Source: Catajapyx aquilonaris
Lineage: Eukaryota
NCBI GenBank assembly: GCA_000934665.2
Contig: KZ538299.1
Coordinates: 1-64,000, forward strand
Direction of reading: 5' to 3'
Length of the DNA: 64,000 nucleotides
In this document: piece after piece, positions 38,163 to 51,603 of the stretch
Position numbering within the stretch: position 1 is the stretch's first letter
How the letters are laid out: every line of letters starts with the position of its first letter
Position numbers and translations under genes: made by a program
Notes under the pieces: model-generated
The model's input: the letters and a program-made list of their open reading frames with translations, nothing else
What the model was told of the DNA's origin: nothing
Database searches by the model: none

Positions 38163-39706
38163 TCATGGCTCCACTTTAAGCAGCTCCACGTCAAAGATCA
38201 GGGTCGAGTTGGGTGGGATGATCCCGGGATGCCCGCGGGAACCGTAGGCATAGTCTGGGGAGCAGATCAGGCGAGATCGCTCTCCAACGCACATCTGGAA
38301 GGACAAGAAGTCAGTAACAGCGAATGTACACAATTAGCAAACGGTATTGCAAACAATAAATTTTTTTTGCCTGTGCCACTCCCTGGTCCCATCCCTTGAT
38401 GACCTCTCCCTTTCCGAGGCGGAACTTGAAGGGGACGCCACGGTCGCGCGACGAGTCAAACTTCTGCCCGTTCTGCAGGGTACCTGCAATTTGCAAAATG
38501 TGGAGCTAAGTCAAGTTGCAAAACATAATTTCGACATAAATGCTTACCGGTGTAGTGCACAACCACTGTTTGCCCAGTCTTCGGGTAGGTCTCGCCTGGG
38601 GAGAAACGAAAAATTAATGTGAAACAGTCTATGACCTAATTGCACATACATGTTCAATTAATTATATTAATTAAATTCAGTGCTGACTTCTCAACAACCA
38701 CTGCAGGCAATTATTACATAATGTTTGATCAGTCCCTGCACTTCCTTAGTGGTGGGATTTGAAGCAACATTGTGCTTGTTTTCCTGTTACAACAGTATTA
38801 CATAACACACTGTACTGCACTTACAAACTATAATTTATTCCTGGCAGATCAAATCAATAGCAGTTGTGCTGCATCCCGATTGGATAACAAAAGCACATGA
38901 GAAATGTTCTCACGACTAAAAGGAACCATATGTTATGTAATACCACACCTTTAAATGTTTTGGACCACCTGATTTTATAAGTGGAAAAACGCATTGACAT
39001 TCAAAAAAATCCTGGTATGAAAGAAAGGAATTCTTACTTCACCTCCAGTCAATTAGAGATATGAACTAACAATGCAAACAATGCAAATACAGGATGTAAA
39101 TGAAATAAATGTGCCTTTTTTTGAGGAATGACAGTCATCAAAAGCAACCTTTTTTTAATGCCAATACACTTGGGTGCTGCAGACGCATCTTTAGATCAGA
39201 AAACGTGCACTTACATTTTACACCCTGCACATGTAAAGTAGCAGTATCAGATCAACTGCGATTTCTTGCCGTTGTGAGGGCCAAATATCAATAATACTTA
39301 TTTTGATACCCCCAAGGTAAGGCCAAAGACCTTTTTTTGAAGCGTTATAATATCTATGATGAAAACATCAACATGACTGATTCGCACATACTGCAGTGGA
39401 AGTTTGGAACAGTTTTGCCATGGCAACCTTTCGCAAACAGTTAGGGTCGACATGGCAACCGTGGCAAACTTCAACTGCGACTGTCGACCAGGCGGAACGT
39501 GCATTACAAAAATTCGCATGGGAAGAGTGCTTTACATAATGTAATAGGCTAACCAATGCGACTTTACATCCCGGCGAGTACTGCGACCTTACTTTTGTCG
39601 TACTTAAGTCTACATTACCAGCAAGCGGTAGACACTATTTCCATGCCCATTTTCGCCATGTACTTGTTTAATTACTCCTCAGCACAAGTACACGTAACCA
39701 TTAGGC

Positions 39707-39756
<50 letters not shown>

Positions 39757-39815
39757 CCCATTGATGTGGAATACTGACCATCTCCAGGGCTGATATGCTC
39801 CACTTCCACTCCCAT
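38163..39815 (-). CDS. FKBP1A: FK506-binding protein FKBP12 (109 aa); exons 39779-39815, 38548-38595, 38371-38483, 38163-38294
   Basis: Spliced protein: [109 protein letters not shown]. Intron 3 is GC-AG. Confidence 0.96.
39711..39755. repeat. Poly(A) tract (~45 nt) in FKBP12 intron 1
   Basis: Directly visible. Confidence 0.9.
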
Positions 39816-40035
39816 GTCTGCTGCTGCTCCGGATGAACCTTAGGGAAGGCGTCGGAAAGGCGACGGCGACGCTGGGCGACGCTGGAGACGGAGGGAGGGA
39901 GAGAGACGCTGAAAAGGCGGCGTCGGAAAGACCAAAAAAAAAGATGGGAGACGTTCGAAATTGACTGCAGCGCCAAACCGGCTCAGCGGACGACAATCGA
40001 ACTGATTTCCAAGCCCAATATTTTGCAAAGTCAAC

Positions 40036-40049
40036 GTAACTATGGCAAC
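40036..40049 (+). promoter_or_regulatory. RFX X-box GTAACT-AT-GGCAAC in the divergent FKBP12/CEP192 promoter
   Basis: Perfect match to RTHNYY-WT-RRNRAC, ~270 nt upstream of the CEP192 ATG. Confidence 0.55.
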
Positions 40050-40317
40050 GCTGCAAATCAATACTGGTTAGGCCGCTACTTATTATTATTATTATTATTT
40101 TAGCACATTTTAATAATTATTACAAATAAGTTTGCTAATTACAAATAGACTCTGGTATTTTTAACGTAATGGTTGTCCGTTGCTGCCGGATCGTTTCTGC
40201 GCATGCGTGGAAACTTTTTGGCGCCAACTTGTTCATGGCATGAATGGCCGCCGATTGCTTTGTGTCCGCTGCAGCTGACCTGAGCGGGTCAAAGGGCAGG
40301 TTACAAGGAGCTGAGGT

Positions 40318-43300
40318 ATGGCAGAAGGCGTCCAGGAGGCTCCGGCTAGACGTGGACGTTCGATGGAGGCCGAGACGCAGCCGGGAAACGCGGTGAGGAA
40401 GTGGTCAAAATGTTACATTTACACATGTGCAGCTGGGCCTTGATCAGGTTCAGACGACAACAACGACAACAACAACAACAGCAACAATAGCTAATTATCA
40501 TTTTCCCTAATTTTAGGAAAGCTCTGATTCGTCTCTTGGATTGCTGTCGTCGTCATGCCTGGCTGGTAAGTCACAATTTAATCTGATTTACATTGTGGAT
40601 TAAATAGAGATGGGAAATAGTGTAGGCCTACCGACAGTCCAGCAGTATGTGATGATTGCTTTTATGTCTGGTACAGAGTTGCTACACCGATTGCTTTCAT
40701 TTGCAGATCCGTTTGATGAGCAGATTCACCCCGAGATAACGCCACTGCCGGCTGCGTATTTCGAGAGAGAAAGCGGGGTGTCCATCAGCTTGTCTAAACT
40801 GCCGTTTTCCCCGCACGTATTCAAGTCGTTTGAAGACCTCTCGAGGGTAAGAACGATGCGCATTTTTTATTTTACGTGTCTGGAGATTGCTGGTGATGAC
40901 GAAGCAGGTAGTCGTAATTAATATTGAATTTCATTAATACAAAAGGTGGCTGGAAATGGTAGTAATGTTACATTGTATGGCAACGGCAACCTCACTGCAA
41001 GGTGTTTGACCAGTGCTGTAGTGAATGCCTTTTATTTTATTGTGGGAAAGTTTTCATGCAATTTTTGGTACCAATTGATGAGGTCAACACATTTTTGAAA
41101 TTGATAGTTGGTATTGTTATGTTATCATTGCATTTTCAGAGGCTGTCCTTCAATGACACAGCTTTGGAAAATGGACATTCTGCTGATGAAAGTGATCCAT
41201 GGAAAGATTTTGAGAAAGGAGGAATTTGCAGCACCCTTAGGTATATGTTGTTCATACACACTTATTACACTTTCTTAACCTCAGCTACAGCACTTTCCCG
41301 CAGTAATTTTTCCATGATATTGAATTAGATATTGGAATAGGAAATTTAGTGGGAATTATTCTGTTACGGAGCATTATAACGTCACCATTTTAATCATATT
41401 GCTTTTTTTGATGTTAACAAGCTGATATTGTTTCTAAATAATTGTTAATACATGCTTCATGCAGTGAGGAGAATTGCGAATGGCAAAAGGAATTGGCAAA
41501 TGAGATCTTCAGTCCTGCTCGTAAGTGAAAATGAATTTGAGACTCTGCCGCAGTCTCATTGCTTTTCATGATTGTTACAGAGGAAGTGATACCATCACTA
41601 ATCGAAGATGAGCTTCTGGTGCAATCAGAAAGGAGTGCGCTAGAATCATATAGTTCAAATAATTGCAATGAAGTTACATTGCTCCAGAAGTATTTTCAGA
41701 TCCGAAGTCTTCCTATTGGATCTCTAGCCGGTGATGACAATTCAAGCAGGGTGAGTTCGTAATTCCAAGCGAATTATTTCTGGAATTTTGTTACACATTG
41801 TAACTTAATTGAACACATTAGTGTGCATGCACCTTTAATTTGTTTCCTCATTCAATTTTCTTTCCTCAGCCATATTTTGATGTGACAACTAGCGATGTGT
41901 GTGGCTCTGGAGATCAAACTATTGAGAGGCCAAAATCAGACATGACCTTGGTGTCTGAATGTCTTGACACCGTTTCACTGTCCGAGAGCCCTGAAAGTGT
42001 GGTTGCAAAATTTATGAACCTCTTTAGGGACAAACGTACTCATGATTCTATATCTGAGTCACTGAAAGCAGGGAGTGAGACCAAACCTGAGACTGTGAGT
42101 GCAGATGTGGGGAGCTGTGCCATGCCAGGTGACTAAATATGCAGCCAATTTGCTTATAAAATATTAACTGCTGCCGATATTTCAGGTAAAAGATCAACAC
42201 CAGGAGAAAGGAAGACAAAGGACGTTACATCTGAGCAGAAACGTGAGTGTCTATTCCGAGGAATGATTAGTGACATTTATTTTTACTCTTTTCTAGGCCA
42301 GATTTTAGTGCCATTACGAGTTCCAGTGACTGAAGTCATGGGAGTTGGGGTGATGAAAGATGTGTGCTTTACCTGCACTAATTGTGGTCAACAAAAAATT
42401 AATTTTACAATGAAACTTCACAGCGCATTTGTTAACAACAAATGCGAACGAAATAATCCATCCGATGTGATTAGCCTGCTGAGTGAAACTTTTACAGCCG
42501 ATCCTGGAAAAGAGGTGCACGTCCAGGTGAGGTTAATTTGCTTCTAACGTAATTAGAGTGGTACAGTATAATTGTCTTTATTGCATTTTGAACTTAGGTA
42601 TCAGTCACACCTTTGGTTGCTGGTCACTTACGTGGCGTTCTGAAAATTGTTAATCTGGATAGACCAACGAAAGTAGAAGCAAGGATGTCAGTGACCCTGG
42701 AAGCTGAGGATCCGATGGTAACAATTACAATTCCAGAGAGGGGCGAACTTCTTGACTTTGGGCTGATGGCAGAAGGATGTCAGAAGTTAATGTCACCAGT
42801 GATTTCTACAAATGGAAAAGCAGTTGTACCTCTTAGGATTGAAATAGTGAGTTTGCTTCTTCGTGTGTAGTGTTTATTAACCTAATTGCAATTCTTTTTG
42901 TTACAAGGATATGCCAGTATTTTCGTTCAGCCCACAGCAGGATGAAGGTGTGACTTACAACTCTCCTTTGGTGATTCAGTGTTGCCTACAAAGGAGTCGG
43001 CCTGTTCCAGTGCATGTCGAGTGCAAAGTGCAAGACACAGATGCAAAAGGTTCATATCTTGATCAAATTATTATGCATGTTTGACTTTTATGAGCTTGCC
43101 TTTTTAGAGTCCTTGCATCCTACAACTCTTCAAGGGAAAATGATGACCCACCTTGATGTGTCACGATCAGATGGAAAGGTTATCAGGCCAGCACTAGAGG
43201 AAGTTATTCTTAGGGTGCAAGTGGGACGAGCCAAGGTTTCTGTTGATGCAAACCCTTTAGTATTCCTAGCCGACACTGCCAGTGGTACAATGACAAAAAA

Positions 43301-45798
43301 ACTTTCGGTCCGAAATGAGAAGGGCAGTAACATGGCTGCACTTATAGTCATAACTGTCAAAGGAGAAGGTGTCTCAGTGTCACCGGATCTGGTCACAATT
43401 CCCCCTGAGAAGGTGGCAGAAGTCACTGTCGAGATGGTAGATGCAACGGACAATCATTGTGAGAAGTAAGTTATTATTTCATTATCTTCATCATATGAAA
43501 CTGGTATTCGAGAAGTATTGGGATGTGATACATGCCAGTTTAACTTACATTCCAGGTCGCTGATCCTGACCATTCTACCCGAAGGAAGGCATATAGAAGT
43601 TCAGCTTAAGATTGAAGACCGTGAACCTCCACCTCCACAACCAGCACCACCGGAAGACAGCAAAACGGTTCTATATGCAAGCCAATCCCGTGTCTGCTGG
43701 GGCTGCGTTCCATTGGGTCATTCATCAACACGGACAGTCACGCTGTCCACCCCGGCATCATACCCTGTGCCCGTCAGGGCCAGTGCACATGGAGATGGGT
43801 TCTTCCTGAACGAGAAGACAATCACGTTGGCTCCTGGTGAAAGGCAGAAGATTACCATTGCATTCCAGCCTAGGAAAGTGGGACCTAGCGGAGGAAAGCT
43901 AATCATAAAAGTGGCTGCTGCCGACAAGTTAGTAAATTAAATTAAATTAAGCTGGCCTGGGTTATTGGTCAATTAGGATTTACTGGGGTAAAACTGTAAC
44001 TCGTGAATGTTGTTAATATTTTACTATCTCTTGTGCAGGGAAAAGAGTTTCAGGTACGTGATTGCGCTGGCAGGCCTGGGCGGATCGTGCAATACTTACC
44101 TCAGCTGCATTACTCGTGACCTGGATGGCTCCCCTTGTATTACCCTGGAGCCCTGGAGTAAGGGAGGCTTTTACGGGTCAGCCATGATTTCTAATGCGGG
44201 CAACCTCACAGCATTTGTTGCTGTTGTTGTGAAGCCTGATTCAGCCCTCAGCTTGCAAGCAGATGTGGATAAGTTCTTGTTGGAGCCAGGGGCTGGCAGA
44301 TGGATCAACATGAAGTGCGGAGAGGTTCCATCTTCAGTGTTGACAGCTTCATTTTACATAGTGACTGTCGAGGAGGTGACCCGAGCCAGATATTGCAGGT
44401 TTGGGATGAACGCTGGTCTTCATTATTTTTTTACTCCATTTTAACCCAGTAATTTGCAATGCCAGTTATAATTGATACAAAATTATCATATTTTGTAACT
44501 AGATTGCATGTTGGTTCTTGGACACAATTTCTCACCAGGAAATATTTGGCGAAGTCTAATTGTTTAAATCTGCCCCACAGAGCAGTTAGTCTACTTGGAA
44601 AGAGGTCAACCAATATTGGCCCACATCCGTCCTTGAGTCATCTTGACCTGAGCCAACCCTGCTCTAAAGAGAACCTTGAGATGCTCCCTTCCGACCGCAG
44701 TGATCTTAAAGACCTAGGGCAGAGCCTCAAGTTAACGGAGGTAGTGGTCAGGATCGTGAGGGAAAGAGGCTCGGATGTCACCTTGCCTTCTGAAGAGACT
44801 CTCAGCAACACCGTGGCTGACTCGAGGTCAGATTTGGTTTATCCTGTTGCTGGATAAGCAGTTTAGAAGTAATAATAATGTAGATGTTTATCATTACTTT
44901 GATGCCTGATTTTTTTTTTTCTTTTTTTCCCCAGGTTGCAAAGGACATTTTTTCCACCTGTCTGTCTATCAAGAGCTTTTTCTGCTGCGTCCTTGCAAGT
45001 AGGCGACTGTTGAATAATATTTCCTCTGCAAATTGTGATTGATATTAATTTCTTCAACAGTTAGAGGCCAGTTCTAGTGTATTGGATCCAGATAATCAGA
45101 AGGTGATGGATCCAGTGCTTCAGTAAGTTCATCTTTGAATAATGGAACTGTTTGTTGGGCATGTTGTTACATTTTGAGCTGCCCATATATTTTGCAGTGC
45201 TAATGTCAATTATATTTTTACATCACTGTTTTCATTTGCTACATTTACACTTGCCGGACTCTTCTAGGGTGTGTATCATGTTAGCAACCGATGTAGAAGC
45301 AAAACCGGAGGCTGAATCGATTGTGCTTGCTTTTGCGCCAACCATCACAGGAAGTTGCAGCACAGCAAAACTGAAGATGTGTAATAGAAGCAATGAAAGG
45401 CAGAGGGTTAGTACTGCATTAATTTCTACATTATTAACTCCACAGTACAGCAGCGCTTCTCCGATTTGGAGTCGCAACATAAATTGGAGTTTTTGAAACA
45501 TAATGTTGGCTCCCTGTGAATCAGTCCACATGATTTTGGATAGCTTTTCAGTTGACTCTTGCACACACATGATATTTTCATTTTATATTCGCAGGTCTGC
45601 ATGAAAGTGGAACCATTTGATAACGCTTTTAGAATTCCGTGCGACAGTGTTGAAGTGCGTCCTCGTTATTACGTGCGGATGCCATTCCATTTCACTCCCA
45701 TCTCAGCAGGTGGCTTTGAGGCCAGGCTTCACATCATCCAGGAAAAAAGGGAACCCCTAGTGATTACAGTGAGAGGCATAGGGCTTCCAAGCCAATAG
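40318..45798 (+). CDS. CEP192: Centrosomal protein CEP192/Spd-2 homolog, multi-exon
   Basis: Disordered acidic/Ser-rich N-terminus followed by several ASH/PapD-like domains: LLDFGLMAEG, VCWGCVPLGHSSTRTVTL, YVIALAGLGGS, ISNAGNLTAFV, STAKLKMCN and VRPRYYVRMPFHFTP. Confidence 0.75.
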
Positions 45799-48097
45799 AG
45801 GTATTTCTAGGACTTCAGGTAGGCACTAATTACAGATGTCATGTATGCGCTTATGACCTGGGAAAACCATGACAGAAGATTCCATGAACCTGAAAACTTT
45901 TCTTTGCTTCTGACTTTAGAAATATGTCAGCCCATAATGCGAGGAGTAATACATAGTACAAAATAAAGTGTTGCGGAGAATGCAACGCAAACACGGACAC
46001 TATACCACAATAATTATTGGTTCGTGGTTCAAAAAACATCGTGAAGCAGTGAATATATATTAGCCAATTACTATTTGGCTTATTATTAGTACTACAAAAT
46101 AGTAATGTTAATTATTGTTAAACATATTTGGATTATAATTTTTGGCAAACAAGGAACACGAACACCATGTTGCATGGCTGTAGATCGGGACTAGTGTTAA
46201 GTGTTTTGAAAATGAATATATTTTTTTTTGCGGCACGTCACTTTTGCTTTAAATGCAGATGACATTCAATGCTAGCACAATCAAGCATACATCCATATCA
46301 GATATGGGACCATGCCACATATCGCTTAATTAAAATTTTGATAACCATTACCAGGAGGAATAGGTGTTCTCGTATTAAACTTACCACCATGTACTTGTCA
46401 ACAGTTTGAATTAAACTGTAGCTTTTAGGGAATTGTTTTTCTTCTAATACCTTCACTTTGTTTAATTGCTGTGCTGTTGGTGGCTCTTAATTGTTAGACA
46501 AAATGGGAGAACCCTGAGAAATCCTATGATGCAGAGAGAGAACCCATCAGACGTTCTTGGATCAACTTAAAGATCAATTATTGTGGTACCGGTACAACAG
46601 ACCTGGAAACATGTGGCGTCTACTACTTCACCTCTGCTGCTCCTGCAGTCATTCATTTTTAAAAGGTTTTCAAGTTTGGCTTATTGCGGAGCTGAGGTGA
46701 TGAAGCACAGGGCATAAATTGTTTATAGTGAGGCTGGAGACATTTTAAATGACATGTGGTCACTAGTATGAACTATGTTGTACGATGTAGGGATATGTAT
46801 GTAATGGAGGAGATTCTACTGGTAATTATCTATAAAAATAATATGGATACTGGTTTGGCATTCAGTGTATTTTATTATTGAGTACTGGACATGATCTTGT
46901 CCCAGAAAAGGAAGGTGCCATTTGCAAGATTTCTACCAAAAAGCTAACTTTCGTTCATAAATGATCATATGTTAACAGGGTGTTAACCCCTTAATTTGTT
47001 GTGCCCTGTAAATTTTAAGACACAGGCAAAGAGTGCAATGTTTGTCCGTTCAGTGTATCTGGGAGTCTTATTGAAATCCCCTCCTGGGTCACAGAGCTGG
47101 GTCACAGAGCTGACCCTAGATCCCAGCCATGAATCATCACACAAAACCTGAGTGAGACAGTTGACAGTGAGACGACCTCCAGCTAAAATGCCATGCAAGA
47201 AGTTATAGAGGCACTCCTTTACACTTGCCAAAAAGGGCAAAATCATTCTTTCTCACAGTCAGATACATTTGCCTAAAAAGGAGACGGCAGAAGAAAATTA
47301 TGTTTTTTTTTTTGTCCTGTGAAATATTTACTGGTAAACTAATCACTGCATTTTTGTGGATTAAATAGTAGGGCTATGCTGTAGTGTGTATTATAGGCAT
47401 AGATCAGGCAGAAAACTTTATGTATTTGTTGCAAAAGTGGGGATTTCGCTCTAACAGACCATGGTGCCATGGTTGTGATAGACTGATTTCCGCAGTCCAT
47501 TTTCTTGTGAAGGTTGTGATCAGAAGGGAAACAGGTGACATAAGTAAACTCGCAAGGATATCTCACAATCATTTTTGACCTGACTGTGAGGGGTAAACAT
47601 TCCACAGGTTATTTTGGTGGACTAAGGACATGATCTGTGCTCCACACTGTACACGTACTGTGTATGTAACTACAACTTTGTTTGCCTCATGTTTGCAATA
47701 CTTTGTAGTATTTTAAAGATACCCAACATCATCACGTATCGGTTTTAACTGTTTTATTTCTTCAGAAACAAAGGGCAGCATTAATCTGTTTTATAGCATT
47801 TTTTTTTCTCTAGCTTACATTGAAGGCAATGCTAATTAGACCAGTGACCTCGGCACTTTTAAATCATCCAATGGTAAGCAATGTCTAATTGTACCAAGTT
47901 CTGATTGGTAGCTTTGCTACACAGATGCTGCAAGTTATGATCTTCTAAGATTTCACTATCTTCCATTGATGCCTGTACAGAAAGTACATGACTGTAACCA
48001 TATGCAAGGGGAGCTGTCCAGAACCCAGATGAGTGCTGCTATGTGACAGTGCAAGCCCAATGGGGGCATCAACAACAAGGGATGAAGGCAGCTAAGC

Positions 48098-50934
48098 CTA
48101 TCCACTGCGTTGGGTACAGAAAATCAGGACAGCGTGCAGCAGAAGGGCAATGATGATGTTGGCCAGGACAGGGGCATGCGCTTGGGATGAGTTGCCCTCT
48201 TGTCCTGGGTAAGGGTTCTTCCTCCTGTAGTCCTTCATGTTTGAGTAGTCCTTCTGGATCGCCTTTGTTCCCTCTGGATCGGCCTTGCAATCTTCCGTAT
48301 TCCTACAACATCAAAGCCTGGCATTATTTATTATTTTTGGCCACATACATTCAACAAACAGCCATTTGGAGAACCTTCCTCTTTTTTCCAAGCGACAAAA
48401 GGAGTTTGTTCACTCTGTTTACTCCTTTTGTCTCTTGAGGGTGTATCTCCATTGAAATCTAGACGTGCATTCCCAGATGTCCATTGACTTACAACAGATA
48501 TTAAGTTTAATGTTAACATTTTTCTTCCCTTCTGTCATTAACTGCAGTGCATATAATTAAATTGCAATGATGGCCCCATAAAGATTGGGCTGCCCTTGAA
48601 ACTTCCATCCACAGATATCTACACTCACATGTTTATCAGCATGCGAGTCCAGACCCTACCCTATATTGGCGCACATTGTAAACCACCCTAGGTACAGCAC
48701 CAGAAATGATTGCTTACAACATTCCTGGACTGATAGCGCATGGGGTGGTTGTCGTGATAGTGTCGCAGCATGCCTTCTGCTTGCATGGGTAGAAGTAGTG
48801 AGTGGTGCCGCAGTCGCATTCCTCTCCTGGTTCCACTATGCCTGCAAATGCAAGTTGCTGTGATGATTGGTCCCGGATTTATTGAGTGCCACGGACTCAC
48901 CATTCCCGCATGTCGCCCTGAGCAAGGGAAAGAAGCAGGTGCCCTGTGCCCTCAGCACCCTCTCGATGGCCTTCCTGGAGCACTCGGACAGACGGTAGTT
49001 GTTGGCCTTGTTCCCGTTGGGCCTCTTTCCGTCCTCGTCTCTTCCCATCAGGTACAAGCCCTCCATTCCTGAGAATGAGAGACGTCGTCTCTTGATAATA
49101 AGCAACACCATGCATATCTATACTGTATATTATAGGGAGGGGTTGCCTCACTGCTAAATATCCCTAGTTCTTTGTATTCTCCCGCTATTGTCTTTCCGCA
49201 GTCCGGGTCCTTAGCCGGGTCGTCTTTTCCTGCTCCCATGGACTCTGCCATGAGCGATGCTGCCAGGATATTGAGCTCACGGTGGCCAAAGGCTGCCCCG
49301 TCCCCTGGTGACCTTCCGCTGACCACGAACAGGTTGCGACTCATGGCCTCGCCGTTCATCCGGACGTTCTCCTCGCAGATGCCCCCTGTCATCCTGCCTG
49401 GGTCGGCACGGTACGCTGACCCTGCCGGTGCAAGACAATGCTCAATTATTAGCACAGGGTATACATTATTTGGATCTAAACCACGATATGAGTTAGTGCG
49501 AAACCGACCTGGTTCTTCTTGGAACTTCAACCCTGTGAGTACAATAACCATGCAGAAGTCGTTCAGGTTGAGCCTCCTGCTCATCGTGTCCCTGTACCTC
49601 ATGGGATCGGTGGCCTGGAGCACCTCCGCCGGGAATCCAGTAGCATCATCGTGAGTGAAAACGGTCATCTGCAAATCAGCCGTGTAAGGGCCGGAGGGAG
49701 GAGGAGAATTAGTTTTAAATTGTTGCTTTGTACGTACGTAGTTGGGTATGAACAAACTGACGTCGTTGATGACATAGTCGACATTCTGCGAGCAATTCAG
49801 GTTGATTCCGTCCCAGTTGACGGGATAGAAGATGTTCCTGACCGATATTGCCACGTCGGCCATCCTGAGGAACGCGAAGTCGATGGCGCTGAAGCAGAAC
49901 TCCCTGAAGAATTCTGGATCCGCCACCACCCCTATCCTGCAGCCCACTGCGTAAGGCCTGAAGTTGGGACCATACATTATTATATATATATAATAATTAT
50001 GAGGTTGCCCGCATTCCGCCCTTCTGCACCTTACAGGAGATGTAGGCTGGCCGAATCGCAGGCTTACCTTTTATAGTCGAATATCCGAATCGGGTTGAAC
50101 TCGTGGTACTGGTCTTTCGGCTTGACGAAGTGACCGTACACCCCAAATGTCTCTGGCTGAACCAGCCGTTTGACCCGACGCAGCGGGCGCTCATCTGACC
50201 TGTTGTCAACCTTGGCCTCATTAGTCCTGTGAATGTGTCCAACTTCGTACATGACCGTCTTCTCCTCTGGACGCAGAGGGTACGGAGCACCTCCACTCTG
50301 CCAAATCAGATCCGAAACAAATGTTGGCCTATACAGTTATGTACACAGCATTTATGTTGCACCATCAGTACCTGCTCGACGATCCCTGCCATGAGGTCGG
50401 CGTGTTCCAACACGAACTCCTTCTCTCCAGCCCTGAACTGTCCGAAGAAGTGACCCTCGTGGACGTAGCCACTTGCGGAGGAGTTGACCCCTCCGTGTCC
50501 GGTCTCGTAACCTTTAACTATGGCGCTCCTAGGGTCGTTGTGCAGCTTGACCGTCCTCTTTCCCGCGGACGACACGACGTTCATCCGGACGTGGTCGTGG
50601 TTCTGGACCGACAGGCACAGGTTGTACCTCGTACCGGTCTTGTTGATGGTCACCTCCAGGCAGGGTCCATGCCGCTATTGTAATTTAATATTATTATCAG
50701 CTACACTAACCGATATGTATTCGCTCACCTTCTCCTGATCTTCTGGGAGAGGCCATGTGTTCTGCAAAAAGAGATCGGTACTGACCCCCATTTGCAAAAT
50801 GCAAGCTGCTGCTGGACACTTACCTGATCGACCAAAGTGGAGACGTGGTGATACTTCTCGAAGTAAGTCTTACCACATGTCGTCTCGACACTTAGGACCA
50901 CTATGATTGCAAGCAGCAACACTCTAAACTCCAT
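48098..50934 (-). CDS. ADAM10/17-like pseudoprotease, copy A (signal peptide, prodomain, zinc-less M12B domain, disintegrin stub, GPI-like tail)
   Basis: Signal MEFRVLLLAIIVVLSVETTCG; furin site RRVKR; GSAY...GGICE; ILAASLMAESMGAGKDD in place of HExxHxxGxxHD; GLYLMG...NNYRLSECS; CGNGIVEPGEECDCG; tail EGNSSQAHAPVLANIIIALLLHAVLIFCTQRSG*. Confidence 0.8.
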
Positions 50935-51603
50935 TTAGGATCTGCGCAATCCCACAACTGACCAGATGTGGAATATTGCTCATTTCCCTTGGTTACTGGG
51001 AACTGTTGATTATTATTTGCACACACAGAGTGCCAATATACTGTCCGTAGCTACCAAAAATGCAGTGACCAACATACCTGGGAAACATGTGGCATATCTA
51101 CCGATTCATCTCTGCTGCTATCTGCTCTATGTAGAAAAAAATTGGCTCATATACCTGATGCCTATAGAACCCCTCTACCATCCCCCAAAGCCATCTTAAA
51201 TTTTTCGTACTCTGCTGCCCTGTATATGCAATCAGAACTATTTAATTCCATCACTGCTGGTAACGTCAATTGTCGGAAATAAAACAAGTTGCACTTTCTG
51301 AACGGTTGTATTGACATCGATCTCCACTAAAATTGATCAAACTGTGAAACAACTTGTCACTTATTCAGAAGCTGCTGCAGAATTTCTCTTCTTCCAGGTA
51401 TTATAGGGTTTGTAAGTTTTCCCAAATCCTGCACCCAGTGCGATGATTGTTCAACCAATCAACTGAAGAAGAAACAATGGAGGTGCCCTCCTGTTTGGAA
51501 CGTTTAATTTATACATGAATTCACTGCACATACCGTACCTATTCTTAGGTGCTACTCCAGTTAAAACCACTTTTTCTTGACTTGTTGTATATAAAAGGCA
51601 ACA

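Noticed and set aside
39556..40061. Poly-Lys and poly-Phe ORFs
   Set aside because: Produced by the intronic poly(A) tract.
45850..48050. Hidden gene between CEP192 and ADAM-like copy A
   Set aside because: Only short AT-rich ORFs without motifs or a consistent exon chain, plus a 14-bp direct repeat near 47085; treated as intergenic/UTR.
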